A DNA stretch of 64,000 nt from Octopus vulgaris (GCA_951406725.2 OX597831.1:74276001-74340000); one strand, 5' to 3'; shown: positions 1 through 14,519, counted from the first letter of the stretch. Program-made: numbers and translations. Notes: a model not told the origin generated them from the letters alone.

Positions 1-80
1 CTCTCTCTCTATCTATCTGTCTGTCTGTCTGTCTGTCTGTCTGTCCACCCACCTACCTACCTACCTACCTATCTATCTAT

Positions 81-448
81 TTACTTGTTTCAGTAATTTG
101 ACTGCGGTCATGCTGGAGCACCGCCTTTAGTCGAGCAAATCGACCCCAGGACTTATTCTTTGTAAGCCCAGTACTTATTTTATCGGTCTCTCGGGGACGT
201 AAACACACCAGCATCGGTTGTCAAGCAATGCTAGGGGAACAAATACTGACACACAAACACACACATATATATATATACATATATACGACAGGCTTCTTTC
301 AGTTTCCGTCTACCAAATCCACTCACAAGGCATTGGTTGGCCCGGGGCTATAGCAGAAGACTCTTGCCCAAGATGCCACGCAGTGGGACTGAACCCGGAA
401 CCATGTGGTTGGTAAACAAGCTACTTACCACATAGCCACTCCTGCGCC
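81..448 (-). mobile_element. tRNA-derived CORE-type SINE, family 1 (octopus OR-like), copy 1
   Basis: Minus strand starts GGCGCAGGAGTGGCTATGTGGTAAG (A box), then GGTTCAGTCCC (B box) and CTTGGGCAAG CORE-like motif, internal (TA)/(CA) tract, tail GGCGGTGCTCCAGCATG...CTGAAACAAGTAA. Five similar copies in the window. Confidence 0.85.
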
Positions 449-1031
449 TTATATCTATATGTACATACATATAATTTTAGTGAAGATGAAAAAATTTCAA
501 ACCCATGTCACGAACGTTTCCATAAATAAACTTTGTTTATTCCATACCTCATATAAATGAACTCATCTGAGGAAGTGAATGCTATTGCATGTGTTGCATA
601 TATCGCATGTATTGCAGAACTTTCGTTTAAGAAAATGTTCGTTACATTGCATTAACTTGTCTTTTCCTCAACTAAATAAATCATATTTCACTCTGTGAGG
701 CTCATAACATGCTTACTGGATCATAACTTAGATTCGCAGAGAGTTCCTTTTAATCATTTGTTGAAATATAACTGATCTTCATTTGCTTACTGGAATACTA
801 CTCTAGCCAGGGTTACCGAACTGTACTTATGCCCTCTAATAATTATATTTAGATATATTTGTATATACGTGTGTATGTATGTATGTATGTATGTATGTAT
901 GTATGTATGTATGTATGTATGTATGTATGTATGTATGTATGTATGTGTATGTGTATCCGTGTTCACGTCGAGAAGTATCTGCCTTGCTGTCTTAGTGCTA
1001 ATAGAAAGAAAAAAAAAATTTTGAAACACTA

Positions 1032-1062
<31 letters not shown>

Positions 1063-1205
1063 CACATACATATATATATATATATGTATGATGTATGTAT
1101 GTATGTATATATGTTCGTATAAAAGTTCCTGTACATATCTATATATGTGTGTGTGTTATATGTAGGCATACATGTTCATATATTTACATATACATGTATA
1201 CATAA

Positions 1206-1291
<86 letters not shown>

Positions 1292-1857
1292 CAGACATAC
1301 ACGAATGCATTCATATATATATGTCTGTGTACACACGCACACACACAACATTATCTATGAGTCATTGTCACAATCCAGTCTTTATGATGAATACAAAATC
1401 CCTTCAAGGTTTGTTGGTTTTTTTTTATCTCTCTCTCTCTCTCTTTTTCTCTCTCACTTTCTCTCATTCACTCACTCGCTCTCCTCCTCTTACTCTCTAC
1501 CGCTCTTGCTCCCTCACTCATTCGCTCTCCCTCTCTCTCCATCTCAGTCGCTACCTCCTCTCTCTCTCTCTCTCTCTTCCATCCTCTTTCCATCTTTCTC
1601 TGGATTATTGTTTCTTTTTAATTCATTTCTTTTAAGTCTACAAATATTGGCAGCCATTTTGGCGCACACACTCACCCACACACAAACGCACACACAGCAA
1701 CATATGCTGTCACACATGTGCAAATGCATACATACACACACATAGTACCGACACCCACACATATGTATGTGTTTATGTATATATACGTGCCTTTGTGTGT
1801 GTGTGTACGTGTGAGTATACATATGTGTATATATATATACATACATATATATATCTA

Positions 1858-1966
<109 letters not shown>

Positions 1967-1998
1967 GTATGTATACATACATATATGTATATATATGT

Positions 1999-2142
1999 AC
2001 AATTGCAGCGTGGAAGGTGTTTATAAGCCATTTAAGAAACACACGAAACCGTTTGATTCACTTCAACATTTAAATTTAATTTGCCAAAATATTTTCGTCG
2101 CTTTCTTAAATGGCTTATAAACACCTTCCACGCTGCAATTGT
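1999..2142. repeat. 41-bp perfect inverted repeat with 62-bp spacer, between (TA)n tracts
   Basis: ACAATTGCAGCGTGGAAGGTGTTTATAAGCCATTTAAGAAA (1999-2039) is the reverse complement of 2102-2142. Confidence 0.9.
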
Positions 2143-2198
2143 TTTCGTTCCACCACACGATCTCAGATCGAGTCACTTGCTATGAAAGTACATCTTCG

Positions 2199-2284
<86 letters not shown>

Positions 2285-2822
2285 GGGGGACTTTTTTGGG
2301 GGTGTGTGTCAAGGAGATTGATAGAAGAATAAATAAAAAATTAAAAAAATAAAAATATATATATATATAAAAAAGGGGGGAATAGAGTTTTAGGTAAATG
2401 TATATGCACATATGTATACATATATATACACACGCATACAAACATATATACATATACATACACACATACATACACACACATATATATATACATATATATA
2501 CACTTACACATACATATACATATCTACACATACACATATATGTATACATACACACACTCACATGCATACACGTATACACACATGTATATATACACACACA
2601 CGACCACACATACATATACACACAGAAAAATATATATACACATACACACACATACTCACATACACGCATACACACACAAATCCACACACACACACATGCA
2701 CACACAGCACACTAGTCCCTATATACACATATATACACATACACACATATATACACACACATACATACATATACATATATATATATATATATGTGTGTAT
2801 GTGTAGGTATGCATAGGTACAC

Positions 2823-2876
<54 letters not shown>

Positions 2877-3419
2877 ATGTATATGTATGTGTGTGTATAT
2901 ATGTGTGTATGTGTATATATGTGTATATAGGGACTAGTGTGCTGTGTGTGCATGTGTGTGTGTGGATTTGTGTGTGTATGCGTGTATGTGAGTATGTGTG
3001 TGTATGTGTATATATATTTTTCTGTGTGTATATGTATGTGTGGTCGTGTGTGTGTATATATACATGTGTGTATACGTGTATGCATGTGAGTGTGTGTATG
3101 TATACATATATGTGTATGTGTAGATATGTATATGTATGTGTAAGTGTATATATATGTATATATATATGTGTGTGTATGTATGTGTGTATGTATATGTATA
3201 TATGTTTGTATGCGTGTGTATATATGTATACATATGTGCATAGGTATAAGTGAGAATCTCCTTATTTACCTAAAACTCTATTCCCCCCTTTTTTTATATA
3301 TATATATATTTTTATTTTTTTAATTTTTTATTTATTCTTCTATCTAATTTAACACTGACTCCTTGACCACTCCCCCAAGTATGATATTTTGCGCTATGCC
3401 TACCCCCAAAAAGTCCCCC
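2285..3419. repeat. Large fold-back inverted duplication (arms about 0.5 kb)
   Basis: About 2319-2790 is the near-exact reverse complement of about 2825-3345, including irregular landmarks (CACTAGTCCC/GGGACTAGTG, ACGACCAC/GTGGTCGT, AATAGAGTTTTAGGTAAAT/ATTTACCTAAAACTCTATT). Extra short matches: 2285-2302 with 3403-3419 and 2308-2316 with 3358-3367. Confidence 0.9.
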
Positions 3420-3611
3420 ACCAACACCCCTTTAAACCTGCCTAAATGTATAAATGCCAATACAATTCTTGTTAACTAGCTTCCTGAAGATTTCTCTTGA
3501 ATGAAACAGTTCTAGTCCTGTAGAAGCTCCTTCTATATAATAAATTAATTTTACTCTGCTATGTATTGAGTACCTTATTTACTGTGGTTAACCCCGAATC
3601 AACCCGGGACC

Positions 3612-3613
<2 letters not shown>
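3245..3613 (+). mobile_element. Penelope-like element 3' terminal (pseudo-LTR) remnant
   Basis: Homologous to 18178-18480 on the opposite strand, carries a hammerhead motif and ends directly in (TA)n. The 18-kb copy adjoins a PLE-type C-terminal coding relic. Confidence 0.65.
3478..3528 (+). ncRNA. Type I hammerhead ribozyme motif
   Basis: AGCTTC [stem I] CTGAAGA t-TTC-tctt-GAA-t [stem II] GAA ACAG ttctagtc CTGT [stem III] A^ GAAGCT [stem I']. Predicted cleavage after GUA at 3522; U-U mismatch at the base of stem II. Confidence 0.7.
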
Positions 3614-3673
<60 letters not shown>

Positions 3674-3732
3674 TACAGATATATATATAGATAGATATAT
3701 AGATATAGACATATATATATATATACACACAT

Positions 3733-3767
<35 letters not shown>

Positions 3768-3833
3768 CATACATACATATATATATATATACATATATAT
3801 ACACATATATATATACATACACACATATATATA

Positions 3834-3869
<36 letters not shown>

Positions 3870-3923
3870 AACTCATATACACTCACACACACGCGCACAC
3901 ACACACTCACATTGTGTGTGTGT

Positions 3924-4206
3924 GAAGGTGCGTGACCTGTTGGTTAGGGCGTTCGGCTCAAGTTCATAAGGTCATGAGTTCAATTCCCGTTGCTCCAGTC
4001 CAGTCAGCTGGCAAAAACGAGCAGTACCTGTATTTGAAAGGGCCATCCTGTTCACACTCTGTGACACCCTGAATCTCTCTGAGAACTACGTCAAGGGTTA
4101 CATGTGTCTGTGGAGTGCTCAGCCATTTGCACATTAATTTCACGAGTAGGCTGTTCCGTTGATCGGATCAGCTAGGACCCACGTCGTCGTAACCGACAGA
4201 GTGCCA
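3924..4206 (+). mobile_element. tRNA-derived SINE, family 3, copy 1
   Basis: tRNA-like head (TGGTTAGGGCG...GAGTTCAATTCCC). Body shared with 39392-39710 (-) and 49985-50270 (+), e.g. GAGTGCTCAGCCA and GCTGTTCCGTTGATCGGATCAGCT. Confidence 0.75.
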
Positions 4207-4450
4207 CTTTTCATATATAAATATAATGACCGGTGTGGGCTTGTTTACGTCCCCATAAATTTAGTGGTTCGGCCAAACAGACTGATAGATTAAGTACGAA
4301 ACTTAAAAATCAGTCTTGTCATCGATCTCTTCGACTAAACCCTTCAGTGGGCTGTCACAGCATGGCCGCAGATTTGTGGCGATAGAACGTCGCTCACCTT
4401 TCTCTCCCTTTTTTCGTCACAGTCCCGTCATCAATTCATTTACAATCCAC

Positions 4451-4681
4451 GGCGAACTGGCACAATCGTTAGCAGGCCGGGCGAACTGCCTAGCGGTATT
4501 TCGTTTGCCGTTACGTTCTGAGTTCAAATTCCGCCGAGGTCGACTTTGCCTTTCATCCTTTCGGGGTCGATAAATTAAGTACCAGTTACGCACTGGGTCG
4601 ATGTGATCGACTTAATCTATTTGTCTGTCCTTGTTTGTCCCCTCTGTGTTTAGCCCCTTGTGGGTAGTAAAGAAATAGGTA
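4451..4681 (+). mobile_element. tRNA-derived SINE, family 2, copy 1
   Basis: GGCGAACTGGCACAATCGTTAG head, GAGTTCAAATTCC B box, GGTCGACTTTGCCTTTCATCCTTTCGGGGTCGATAAATTAAGTACCAG. Near-identical to 63638-63827 and related to 41221-41456. Confidence 0.8.
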
Positions 4682-4689
4682 TAAACAAG

Positions 4690-5200
4690 TGTCGAGATTG
4701 CCACAAGAAACAGAGAGATTAATTCCTTACTTTGCCCGACAGCTATATTCTTGAATGAGATCTAAAATTCCTCATGGATTCTGGCGTTTAACCGTTTAAC
4801 CAAAGATTTACACGTCGTCGTCATCAAATTTCGGGCCCTTTTCGCAGCACTTTGGTGGTACTACAACAAAAGGTTTCCTGACTAAGCGCAAGTTCTCCCC
4901 ACTGATAAAACCATAGCGTTACTTCGTTCTAATTTTCTCATAGTGCTTTTTTTTTTTTTTATGCAGAGATATTGGGGTGGTTCGCCATTACCTTCTTCAA
5001 CTGAATGGCTTTTGGCCCACAAGAAGCTCATCCGTCTTCGACAAGTCTCGCGTTTAGTCCTACTGGATGTCCAGACACCCTCTTCACAAGAGTATCAAGA
5101 TGGGGATCCGTTTTAGCGGCTGACCACTTGACAATGGGACAAGCAGGCCTGGTTTACATGGTTTACCTGGAATAAGTGGCAGATCTCCTCAAACCTGTGA
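4690..5200 (-). mobile_element. Degenerate RTE/BovB-like LINE 5' region
   Basis: Minus strand reads GAAGAAGGTAATGGCGAACCACCCCAATATCTCTGC, resembling the BovB/RTE 5' UTR motif GAAGGGAATGGCAAACCACTCCAGTATTCTTGC. Boundaries approximate. Confidence 0.4.
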
Positions 5201-5768
5201 TGAGACCCCTCACCTGACTATAATAGATTTATTGCTTTTGATAAAACACTAAAGGTAGATTTTGGCGCTGATTTATCGCAAAAACTCGACAATCAACTCG
5301 GAAGAGCGAAACTAGAATTTACACTGGTATCGTTTTGTGTGTTAAGATTTTGGTAACAGCTGATGTAATGTGTAAATCTTTTAATACACAAAATGGTAAG
5401 ATTATAAATAATTCCATGTTTTCGCAGTATCAATGTCAAGAATGGTTCCAGGTCTTTTGGGAAGCTTCATCAAATATTCAAGCAACTCACAGATTTACCA
5501 TTTCCGAAAGGTTACAAAATAAATTCTTCACCTGGGTTTTTCCTTATATTCCCTGATATTTCAAATAGAATTCACAGTGATTCTCTCTCCAATTCCTAGG
5601 AAAAGGCGCGCGCATGCATGCGCAGCCACATATAATTATTTGTGTGTGCATGTTTGTGGGTGGGTGGGTGTAGGTCTCTCAACACACGAATACACACACA
5701 CACATATATATATGTATATACATACGTATATATATATATATAGATATATATATATTTACATAAACATA

Positions 5769-5898
<130 letters not shown>

Positions 5899-6220
5899 CT
5901 ACACAAACACACACACACATATATTAGTGTGTGCGTGACATTTTGGATTACGCTCACGTGGGTGGCAACATTCCCGTTTCTCGAGTTCCCTCTGTGACAG
6001 CTATGTTGCATCCACACTCGATATGTTGCTATCGTCGGAGCTCTTATATCCAAGATTAATAGGAACATGTTATACATATCATATTCTTTCACTTGATATT
6101 CCTGTCCTTAGCGCTCGCATTAAGGATATCATACATAATGGAACAAAGAGGGTTTGTCTATATTGCAAAATATGGATATATGTATGTATGAATGTATATA
6201 TCTATCTATCTATCTATCTA

Positions 6221-6282
<62 letters not shown>

Positions 6283-6394
6283 AATATATATATATATATA
6301 TAAAATATATCCCCACACAAACGTATATGGAGACATATATATGTATGTATGCGTGTATATGCATGTATGTAGGAATGTATGTAGGAATGTATGC

Positions 6395-6431
<37 letters not shown>

Positions 6432-6524
6432 TATATACATAGATAAACATTATCATATATATATGCTTATCGACCGGTATGTATGTATATATGTATATGA
6501 GCATTTAAGTATGTTTGTGAGTAC

Positions 6525-6634
<110 letters not shown>

Positions 6635-7411
6635 GTGTGTGTGTTTGTGCGCGTGCGTATGCATTTAACGACGTATATACAAATATATTAGGCACAGAAA
6701 AAGATTGCCGATAAATCCTTCGAACGTCATTGTTTAAGGCAATTTCGATGTATTTATTGTTGTTGTTGTTGTTGTTGTTGTTGCAGCTGCTGCTACTGCA
6801 CTTGTTGTTCTTGTTGTTATTGCTGTAGTTGTTGTTTTTGTTGTTGCTCAAAATGGCGTGGTGAGAGATTGCCAGGAGACGAAACGCGCGAAATACTCCC
6901 ATCAACGTTACTATCAAACCCTCTATCTCTGTTATATTGCATAAACATACGTAAACCGAAGTGTATATGCCTACATCTACGCATATATATATATGCACAC
7001 ACACACACACACGCATATATATATATATATATATATATGTGCACACATATATATATATATACACAAATGTATATATGTATATATATATATGCAAACACAC
7101 ATATACATGACGATGTATTGACATATGTATATATGTGTGTGAGTGTGTGTGTGTGTTTGTGTGTAAATGTGCGTGTGTTTTTGTGGGTATATACGCAGAG
7201 AAGGGGAGAAAGCGAGATAATAGACTTACTAGAGAGGGGGAGATTATTAGGGGGAGATAATAATAACAACTTGAGATGCATGCGAAATATCACAACATAT
7301 TCAGTAATAGATTCTGATATATTTTCAGTTTTATCTCATCGCTTGGCTGGGACGGAGATGGACGGTAATTTCTATACTTAGAAACATATATACATATACA
7401 TACATACATAC

Positions 7412-7478
<67 letters not shown>

Positions 7479-7637
7479 CATATATATGTGTGTGTGTGTG
7501 TGTATATATATATATGTAACATATGTACATACATACATACAAATATATATATATATATACATATATGTATATACACACACACAAACACACACACATAAAC
7601 ACACACACACACATATATATATATATACATATATATA

Positions 7638-7695
<58 letters not shown>

Positions 7696-8300
7696 CATAT
7701 GCATATATATATATATATATATACATATGCATATATATATATATATTATACAGAGAGAGACAGAGAAAGAGAGAGAGAGTGGGAGTGAGAGTGATACACG
7801 TTATATTTGTGGACGGCCATGTTTTGCCAATAACACACGCAATGTGTATCTAATCTTCATTATTATTATTATTTTGCAGCGCATACCATCAAAGTGATGC
7901 TGGGGTAAAATATACGAAACCCAATATACCCATCATGACTACCCGTCTGATAAGGGTACAGCAGGTACATGCATCACAACCAATGTTCCCTGAATAAGGG
8001 TTGTTTAAGGATGTTGAACGAAACACCCATGTTTCCAAAGGCGAATTATTCAAACCCCAAAGAATTCCTCTCAACACATGGCTATGATGGTCCCCCACTA
8101 CTTCTGCTCGGGATCAGAGATGCACATATCATTAGCCATTGAGGGAATTACTCAACTGGCTAAGATCAAGCAACTGACAAGCAAACTTCTGGTGTTGAGC
8201 AGAATATTTGCTGTAGTCCAAGACAAAATACATAATAGCACTTCCAATCAGTTAAGACCAGAAGCCATGAAAGCCACTGCCTTGTAGTGCATCAGGGCAT

Positions 8301-8510
8301 TCTTCTTCTTCTTCTTCTTCTTCTTCTTCTTCTTCTTCTTCTTCTTCTTCTTCTTCTTCTTCTTCTTCTTCTTCTTCTTCTTCTTCTTCTTCTTCTTCTT
8401 CTTCTTCTTCTTCTTCTTCTTCTTCTTGATCTTCTTCTTCTTCTTCTTCTTCTTCTTCTTCTTCTTCTTCTTCTTCTTCTTCTTCTTCTTCTTCTTCTTC
8501 TTCTTCTTCT
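8301..8510. repeat. (CTT)n microsatellite
   Basis: About 70 near-perfect CTT units with one GAT interruption. Confidence 0.97.
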
Positions 8511-9105
8511 TTGCTTGTTAACCTCCCCGTAACGTATCAATTTTACCAAAGAAATCGATGGAAGAAGTTCCAGATTAAAACAAAAAATAATACCTGGGTA
8601 GATTTATCCAGCAAAAACCCTTTAAGTCGGTGCCCCAGCATGACCGCAGTCCAATGACAAATACAAGTAAAAGACGAAAGAATAAAAATCCATATATTGA
8701 GGGCTTTCTTGCAAAAGTTTCCCATCTCCGTCATGGTTTGACAGCCAAGACTGAAGTGTAAATATCCGCTGATGACGTGAGCTACCCCACTTCAGACATA
8801 AACACTAGATTTGCAGGTTGTATGCCTTGATAATCGATGGCTCTAAGCTAAGATGATCAGCCCTTTTGAATGGGGTCGCTTTTGTCTTGCCTGTTTTCTC
8901 GCAACCCTCTTCATCAGGCGATTCTGGTGAAACGAGTTCCGGTTTCGATACAGCAGATGCAACCATAGCCACAGTTTCTACAGGGTTACATGTTATAAAT
9001 ATCACTTGTAATTGAAGCGACACAGCGTACATAAAAATCCAGCTGAATGTATGCATATACATGCTTACGGATCCAGATACATAAATATAGACTTACACAC
9101 AAACA

Positions 9106-9146
<41 letters not shown>

Positions 9147-9147
<1 letters not shown>

Positions 9148-10415
9148 GAGGGACGTTCAATAAGTAATGTCCCTGACCTACTTGCACTTGTTTGATCTAG
9201 CTGAAATTTTGAATGTGCAATTATTTATATCTCTATAGATTAAGTGGCAAATTACAGCTCTGAACTAATTGTGGTTTCTGATTTACAGGTGTTTGAACTG
9301 AGTTAAGTGTGAAATGGAGCCTGTTGAGTGCCGAGGAGTGATCCGGTTTTTGTATTTGAAAGGACGCACACCACGGGAGACTTTTGATGAAATGAAAGTA
9401 ACTTATGGTGATGATGCCCCATCATATGACCTTGTAAAACGCTGGCATCGTGAATTCAGACATGATCGGAACTCTGTGGAAACAGCTCCCAGATCTGGTC
9501 GCCCACCTTCTGCTATTGATGAGGCATCTGTCCTTCAAGTTGAGGCTGCCATTTTGGAAGATCGACGCATAACTATTCGCCAAATAGCCCATGAGGTCAA
9601 GATTAGTACCGGGTCTGTGGAAACTATCATTCATGACCATTTGCATATGCAAAAGGTGTCTGCCAGATGGATTCCCAGGTTGCTTACACCTTTCCAGAAG
9701 CAAGAACGCGTCGAGTGCTCGAGGATGAATTTGGAGATGTGCCAAGATGATGAGTCAAAATTTTTCAAAAGACTGATTGCACAGGATGAAACCTGGGTCC
9801 ATCACTATGATCTAGAGACCAAAGCCCAGTCAATGCAGTGGAAGCACCGTGACTCACCTCCTCCAAAGAAGGCAAGGTGCAGCGCTCCGCTGGTAAGGTC
9901 ATGCTCACAGTCTTCTGGGACCAGGACGGAGTTGTGATGACAGATTACAGGAGCCTATTATGCTTCACTTTTGAGGAAATTAAGAGAAGTTATCAAAATC
10001 AATTGGCGGGGCAAGATCAGCAAAGACATCCTCCTCCTACAGGACAACGCTCCGGTCCACAACTCGCGTGTCACCAGATCAGAAGCACAGGCGTGCGGCT
10101 ATGAACTCCTCCCCCATCCCCTCTACTCTCCTGACCTTACACCCTCTGATTTTCACATCTTCCCAGCCATAAAGTTGTTTTTGAAAGGAAAGCGTTTCCC
10201 AGATGATGCAGCCTTGATTTCTGAAGTCACGTCGTGGTTAGAGGACCAAGCTGGGGTCTTCTACAAAAACGGTCTCCAGAGCTGCATCAAATGATTGGAG
10301 AAATGCGTAACTCTGGATGGTTTCTATGTAGAAAAAGACTAATAACTGTGCCAAGTTTCGTTGCTCTACTGCTATAGGAGGTGGGTCAGGGGCATTACTT
10401 ATTGAACGCCCCTCG
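9147..10415 (+). mobile_element. Full-length mariner transposon (DD34D, irritans-like), defective
   Basis: TIRs CGAGGGACGTTCAATAAGTAATGTCCCTGACC / GGTCAGGGGCATTACTTATTGAACGCCCCTCG; TA at the right end; inserted in a TA tract; about 1.27 kb. Confidence 0.95.
9314..10343 (+). pseudogene. Mariner transposase pseudogene (frameshift, small deletion, premature stop)
   Basis: HTH N-terminus, WIPRLL, DETWVHHYD, QDNAPVH and YSPDLTPSDF with 34 residues between the 2nd and 3rd D; split over three ORFs. Confidence 0.92.
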
Positions 10416-10430
10416 TATACATATATACAC

Positions 10431-10600
10431 ACATTTTTTTCTCCCCTTGTTTCTCTCCTTGTTTTTTCTGTGTCCCTTTCTGTAGAAGAACGTAGGCTCG
10501 AAACGTAAAAGACTTTTTCTATTCCTGAGCGCTATACTAATACATCTGTTTGTTTTGTACACCACCTGTCTTCGTCTTTTGTTTTTTTTTCGTAAACTCT

Positions 10601-10603
<3 letters not shown>
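10431..10603 (+). mobile_element. Short hammerhead-bearing repeat, family A, copy 1 (hammerhead 10476-10511)
   Basis: CTTT CTGTAGA a GAAC gtag GCTC GAAACGTA AAAG. Homologous to 16128-16323 and 50520-50710; 3' end abuts (TA)n. Confidence 0.7.
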
Positions 10604-10661
<58 letters not shown>

Positions 10662-10665
10662 GATA

Positions 10666-10804
<139 letters not shown>

Positions 10805-11172
10805 TTACAGATAGATAGATAAATAGATAGGTAGACAGACAGACAGACAGATAGACGTACAAGTAAATGTGCATGCATTTATTTGTTTCACTCCACTTTA
10901 ACAAACGTAAAGTATTCTGCTCACTCAGCCTAAAATTTTATGAAATTAAAATGAATAATATTGATTAATCTACGTAAATACATACATATATAACTATATA
11001 TAAATACACATTTATATAAATGACAATGTTGCGCTCCGAATCTCTTCGACCAATCAACGAACAAAACTGTTTACTTAACGCGTCTCACCCTCTTGATTAT
11101 TGATTATCGATCTGTTACTATTGATGAAATATTGATTTCTCTATTGGCACCATTCAATATATTTGTAAAGGA

Positions 11173-11401
11173 TACTCTTTTACTCTTTTACTCTTTTACT
11201 TGTTTCAGTCATTTGACTGCGGCCATGCTGGAGCACCGCCTTTAATCGAGCAACTCGATCCCGGGACTTATTCTTTTGTAAGCCCAGTACTTATTCTATC
11301 GGTCTCTTTTGCCGAACCGCTAAGTAACGGTGACATAAACACACCAGCATCGGTTGTCAAGCAATGCTAGGGGGACAAACACACTCACACAAACACACAC
11401 A

Positions 11402-11461
<60 letters not shown>

Positions 11462-11625
11462 TACGATGAGCTTCTCTCAGTTTCCGTCTACCAAATCCAC
11501 TCACAAGGTTTTGGTCGGCCCGAGGCTATAGTAGAAGACACTTGCCCAAGGTGCCACGCAGTGGGACTGAACCCGGAACCATGTGGTTGGTAAACAAGCT
11601 ACTTACCACACAGCCACTCCTGCGC
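11173..11625 (-). mobile_element. SINE family 1, copy 2 (complete, with TACTCTTT tandem tail)
   Basis: Near-identical to 81-448. Confidence 0.88.
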
Positions 11626-12542
11626 TGAATATAATAATCAAATAACATGTATCCAGTATATGACTGGTATTTTTTTGTTAGCCTGGAGCAGATGTTTAGA
11701 GAGAAGTTGTCTCTGATCGAGCAGAAATATGGTGATAGACATTCCAGCTTTGAGCATTGCAACTTCTTTCATACATAGTCTACTTTGGCCAACATCATCC
11801 AATGTCTCCGTTTTTTTATGACGATTAAAATGAGGTTTGAGGGAGATCTTACTGTTATTTCTGGACCGTTCGACGATTGCATAGAGGCAGAGTCATGGAC
11901 TTGTTGTTGTTGTTGTTGTTGTTGTTGTATAGCAGGAGACCAGTTCTGAACCATCAGAACCATGTTTAAACACTTCAAGCCAAGAACATTCAGTCGGTTT
12001 CTGCATTGTTCAATGAGTCTATTTTAAAACTTTACAAAATATGTGAGGGAGATTTCGCTGCTATATCTAACAGGTTGAGCAACTACCGAAAGACTCGTTG
12101 GCCAACTCTTATTGACCTAAGATGCGTGGTGTTGGGGAGAGGCTGAAAGGTCCATACTATTCAGTCGGCCGGGCGATACCCTCTTTCGAATGCTCAAGGT
12201 CGTTAACGCTTGCGTGACAAACCTTAGTGTACGAAGAGGTTATGGGGACCTGCTCAAACGGCATCATTCGGCCGACAGTAGCGAAAGCAAAAACGTGAGA
12301 CCCAATTACAATTGGTTCGGTGCCCTGATGCCGCAACCGAAATTGCTATAATGTCCAGTTGATGGCAGAGCACAGCAACTCGATGCAACAGACGCAATCA
12401 AGAGAGCTGGAGGTTTGGTGTTGTAGCATGTTAGCCAGTCCAAAGTATGTTTGGACGAATGACAACGGGGACAAATACAAGGTGAGTGCGATGAAGAATC
12501 GGAAGAGAGGCAGAGAGACGGAAGGAGAGAAAGATGTGAAAA

Positions 12543-12933
12543 TCTTTATTTATAAAAGAGAAGTTGTGTGTCTGTCTCCTACGATTTAGATTCATAACTA
12601 CTCCCACATTTTGCGGTGCAGTTTAACCAAAACCGGGTATCTTATAGTCGTGATTCATATTGAGCCCTTCTGGGTATTAGCGCGCGTCTACGATGAGTCT
12701 ACGATTTAAAAAAAAAATTACCATCAATTTTTCCCATTTTTAATGCATTTTTGGCATATATAAGGGAAGTAACTCTCTAAAAATTTATTATTAAATCTCA
12801 GAACGTAAAAAGCTACAGTAACACCCCCCTTGTGGTTAGCCATATTGAGATGGCTATTATACTTTACATCTTTAAAAATGCTTATATAGTTATTTCCCTT
12901 ACAAACCCGAGCAACGCCGGGCGATACAGCTTG
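12543..12933 (+). mobile_element. Non-autonomous Helitron-like element
   Basis: Starts A|TC (TCTTTATTTATAAAAGAGAAGTTGTGTG), ends with hairpin CCCGAGCAACGCCGGG then CTTG|T (CTAG variant). Same 3' end as 47703-48081. Confidence 0.7.
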
Positions 12934-13131
12934 TAGACTCATAAAATAAGGATCTTTAAAAGAATCTAACGAGGGAAATTTAAGGTGTCATGGATCATGG
13001 GACGGGAAAGAAAGGGACAAAACCAACATAAAAACGAATCTGCAGTAAAACTATTGGAGGAAGCTTGAAGAGTTACTAAAACCTAAAGTATATGCGTGTG
13101 TGTGTATAGATAAATAAACACACACACATCA

Positions 13132-13179
<48 letters not shown>

Positions 13180-13602
13180 TAGCAACGTTGCCTACGGGAA
13201 TCGCACATCGTATCTGCAGTAAACTGTGCAGCCGCGCCACTGACGTGTGTCTGTGTATATGTGTATGTGTGTGTTTCTGCGTGTATGTGTGTATATATGT
13301 ATGTATGTGTGTTTGTGTGTGTATATATACACATGCATATGATTATTCTTGTATACATATGTCGATGTATCGCGTGTATACACGTATGTATATATATATA
13401 TATATATATATTATGTATGCGTATATGAGTATATATATATATGTGTGTATATATACTTACATACACATATATACATGTACACACACACAGTCACATGCAC
13501 AGACATACATGTGTGTATGTATGTGTGTATATATATATATACATATATATGATATATATATATGTATATATATATATACACACATATATATATGCTTATA
13601 TA

Positions 13603-13669
<67 letters not shown>

Positions 13670-13844
13670 TATGTATATATATATATATGTATACATATAG
13701 ATATAAAATAGTAGATTATCTCCAGCTGTGAACGTAAATGTGAGTGTTTATGTTTGTATTTGTGTATAAATCTATATACGCAAGTATGATATGTCTGTGA
13801 TATGTGTATGTGATATTTGTGCATATGTCACGATATTCATACCT

Positions 13845-13904
<60 letters not shown>

Positions 13905-13964
13905 ATGCATCAGTATAAGTATATATAGACAGAAGTATACATTTTTATATTTGCTTTCATGTAT

Positions 13965-14006
<42 letters not shown>

Positions 14007-14324
14007 CACACACACACACACACACAATGACACACGCATGCACAGTCCCTGCACACACATTTGATCCGATGCAGAGAGGAACCCAGCTGAACGCAGGCAG
14101 AAGGCGAGACAGAAAGCGCTGATTATTTGCAGTGGAGCTGAAGAAGCAGAGCCGAGTGTTTGTGACATTGAGGTGTGAGACGGAACGAGTCGCTTCGGCT
14201 TTTAATTTAATTTAGAACCAACACAGAAGAACCATGTCCTCAGGTGATGCAGCCAGAGATGGAGATAACTCAATTACATTTCAACATAGACGCACACACA
14301 CGCACACGCACACACACACACACG

Positions 14325-14378
<54 letters not shown>

Positions 14379-14453
14379 CACACACACGCACGCACACACA
14401 CACACACACACACGCACACACACACATACACACACGTACACACACACATACAC

Positions 14454-14498
<45 letters not shown>

Positions 14499-14519
14499 GA
14501 CAAACACACACACACGCAT

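Noticed and set aside
218-415. Recurrent ORF 'MSSNARGTNT...CHAVGLNPEPCGW' (also 11354, 41962, 62263)
   Set aside because: Antisense reading of SINE family 1 with non-ATG starts; not a gene family.
380-448. tRNA-like sequences at SINE heads
   Set aside because: A/B boxes are present but run into SINE bodies; no complete cloverleaf, so not called tRNA genes.
8880-8960. CTGATGA...GAAA on the minus strand
   Set aside because: No convincing stem II or stem III; not called a hammerhead.
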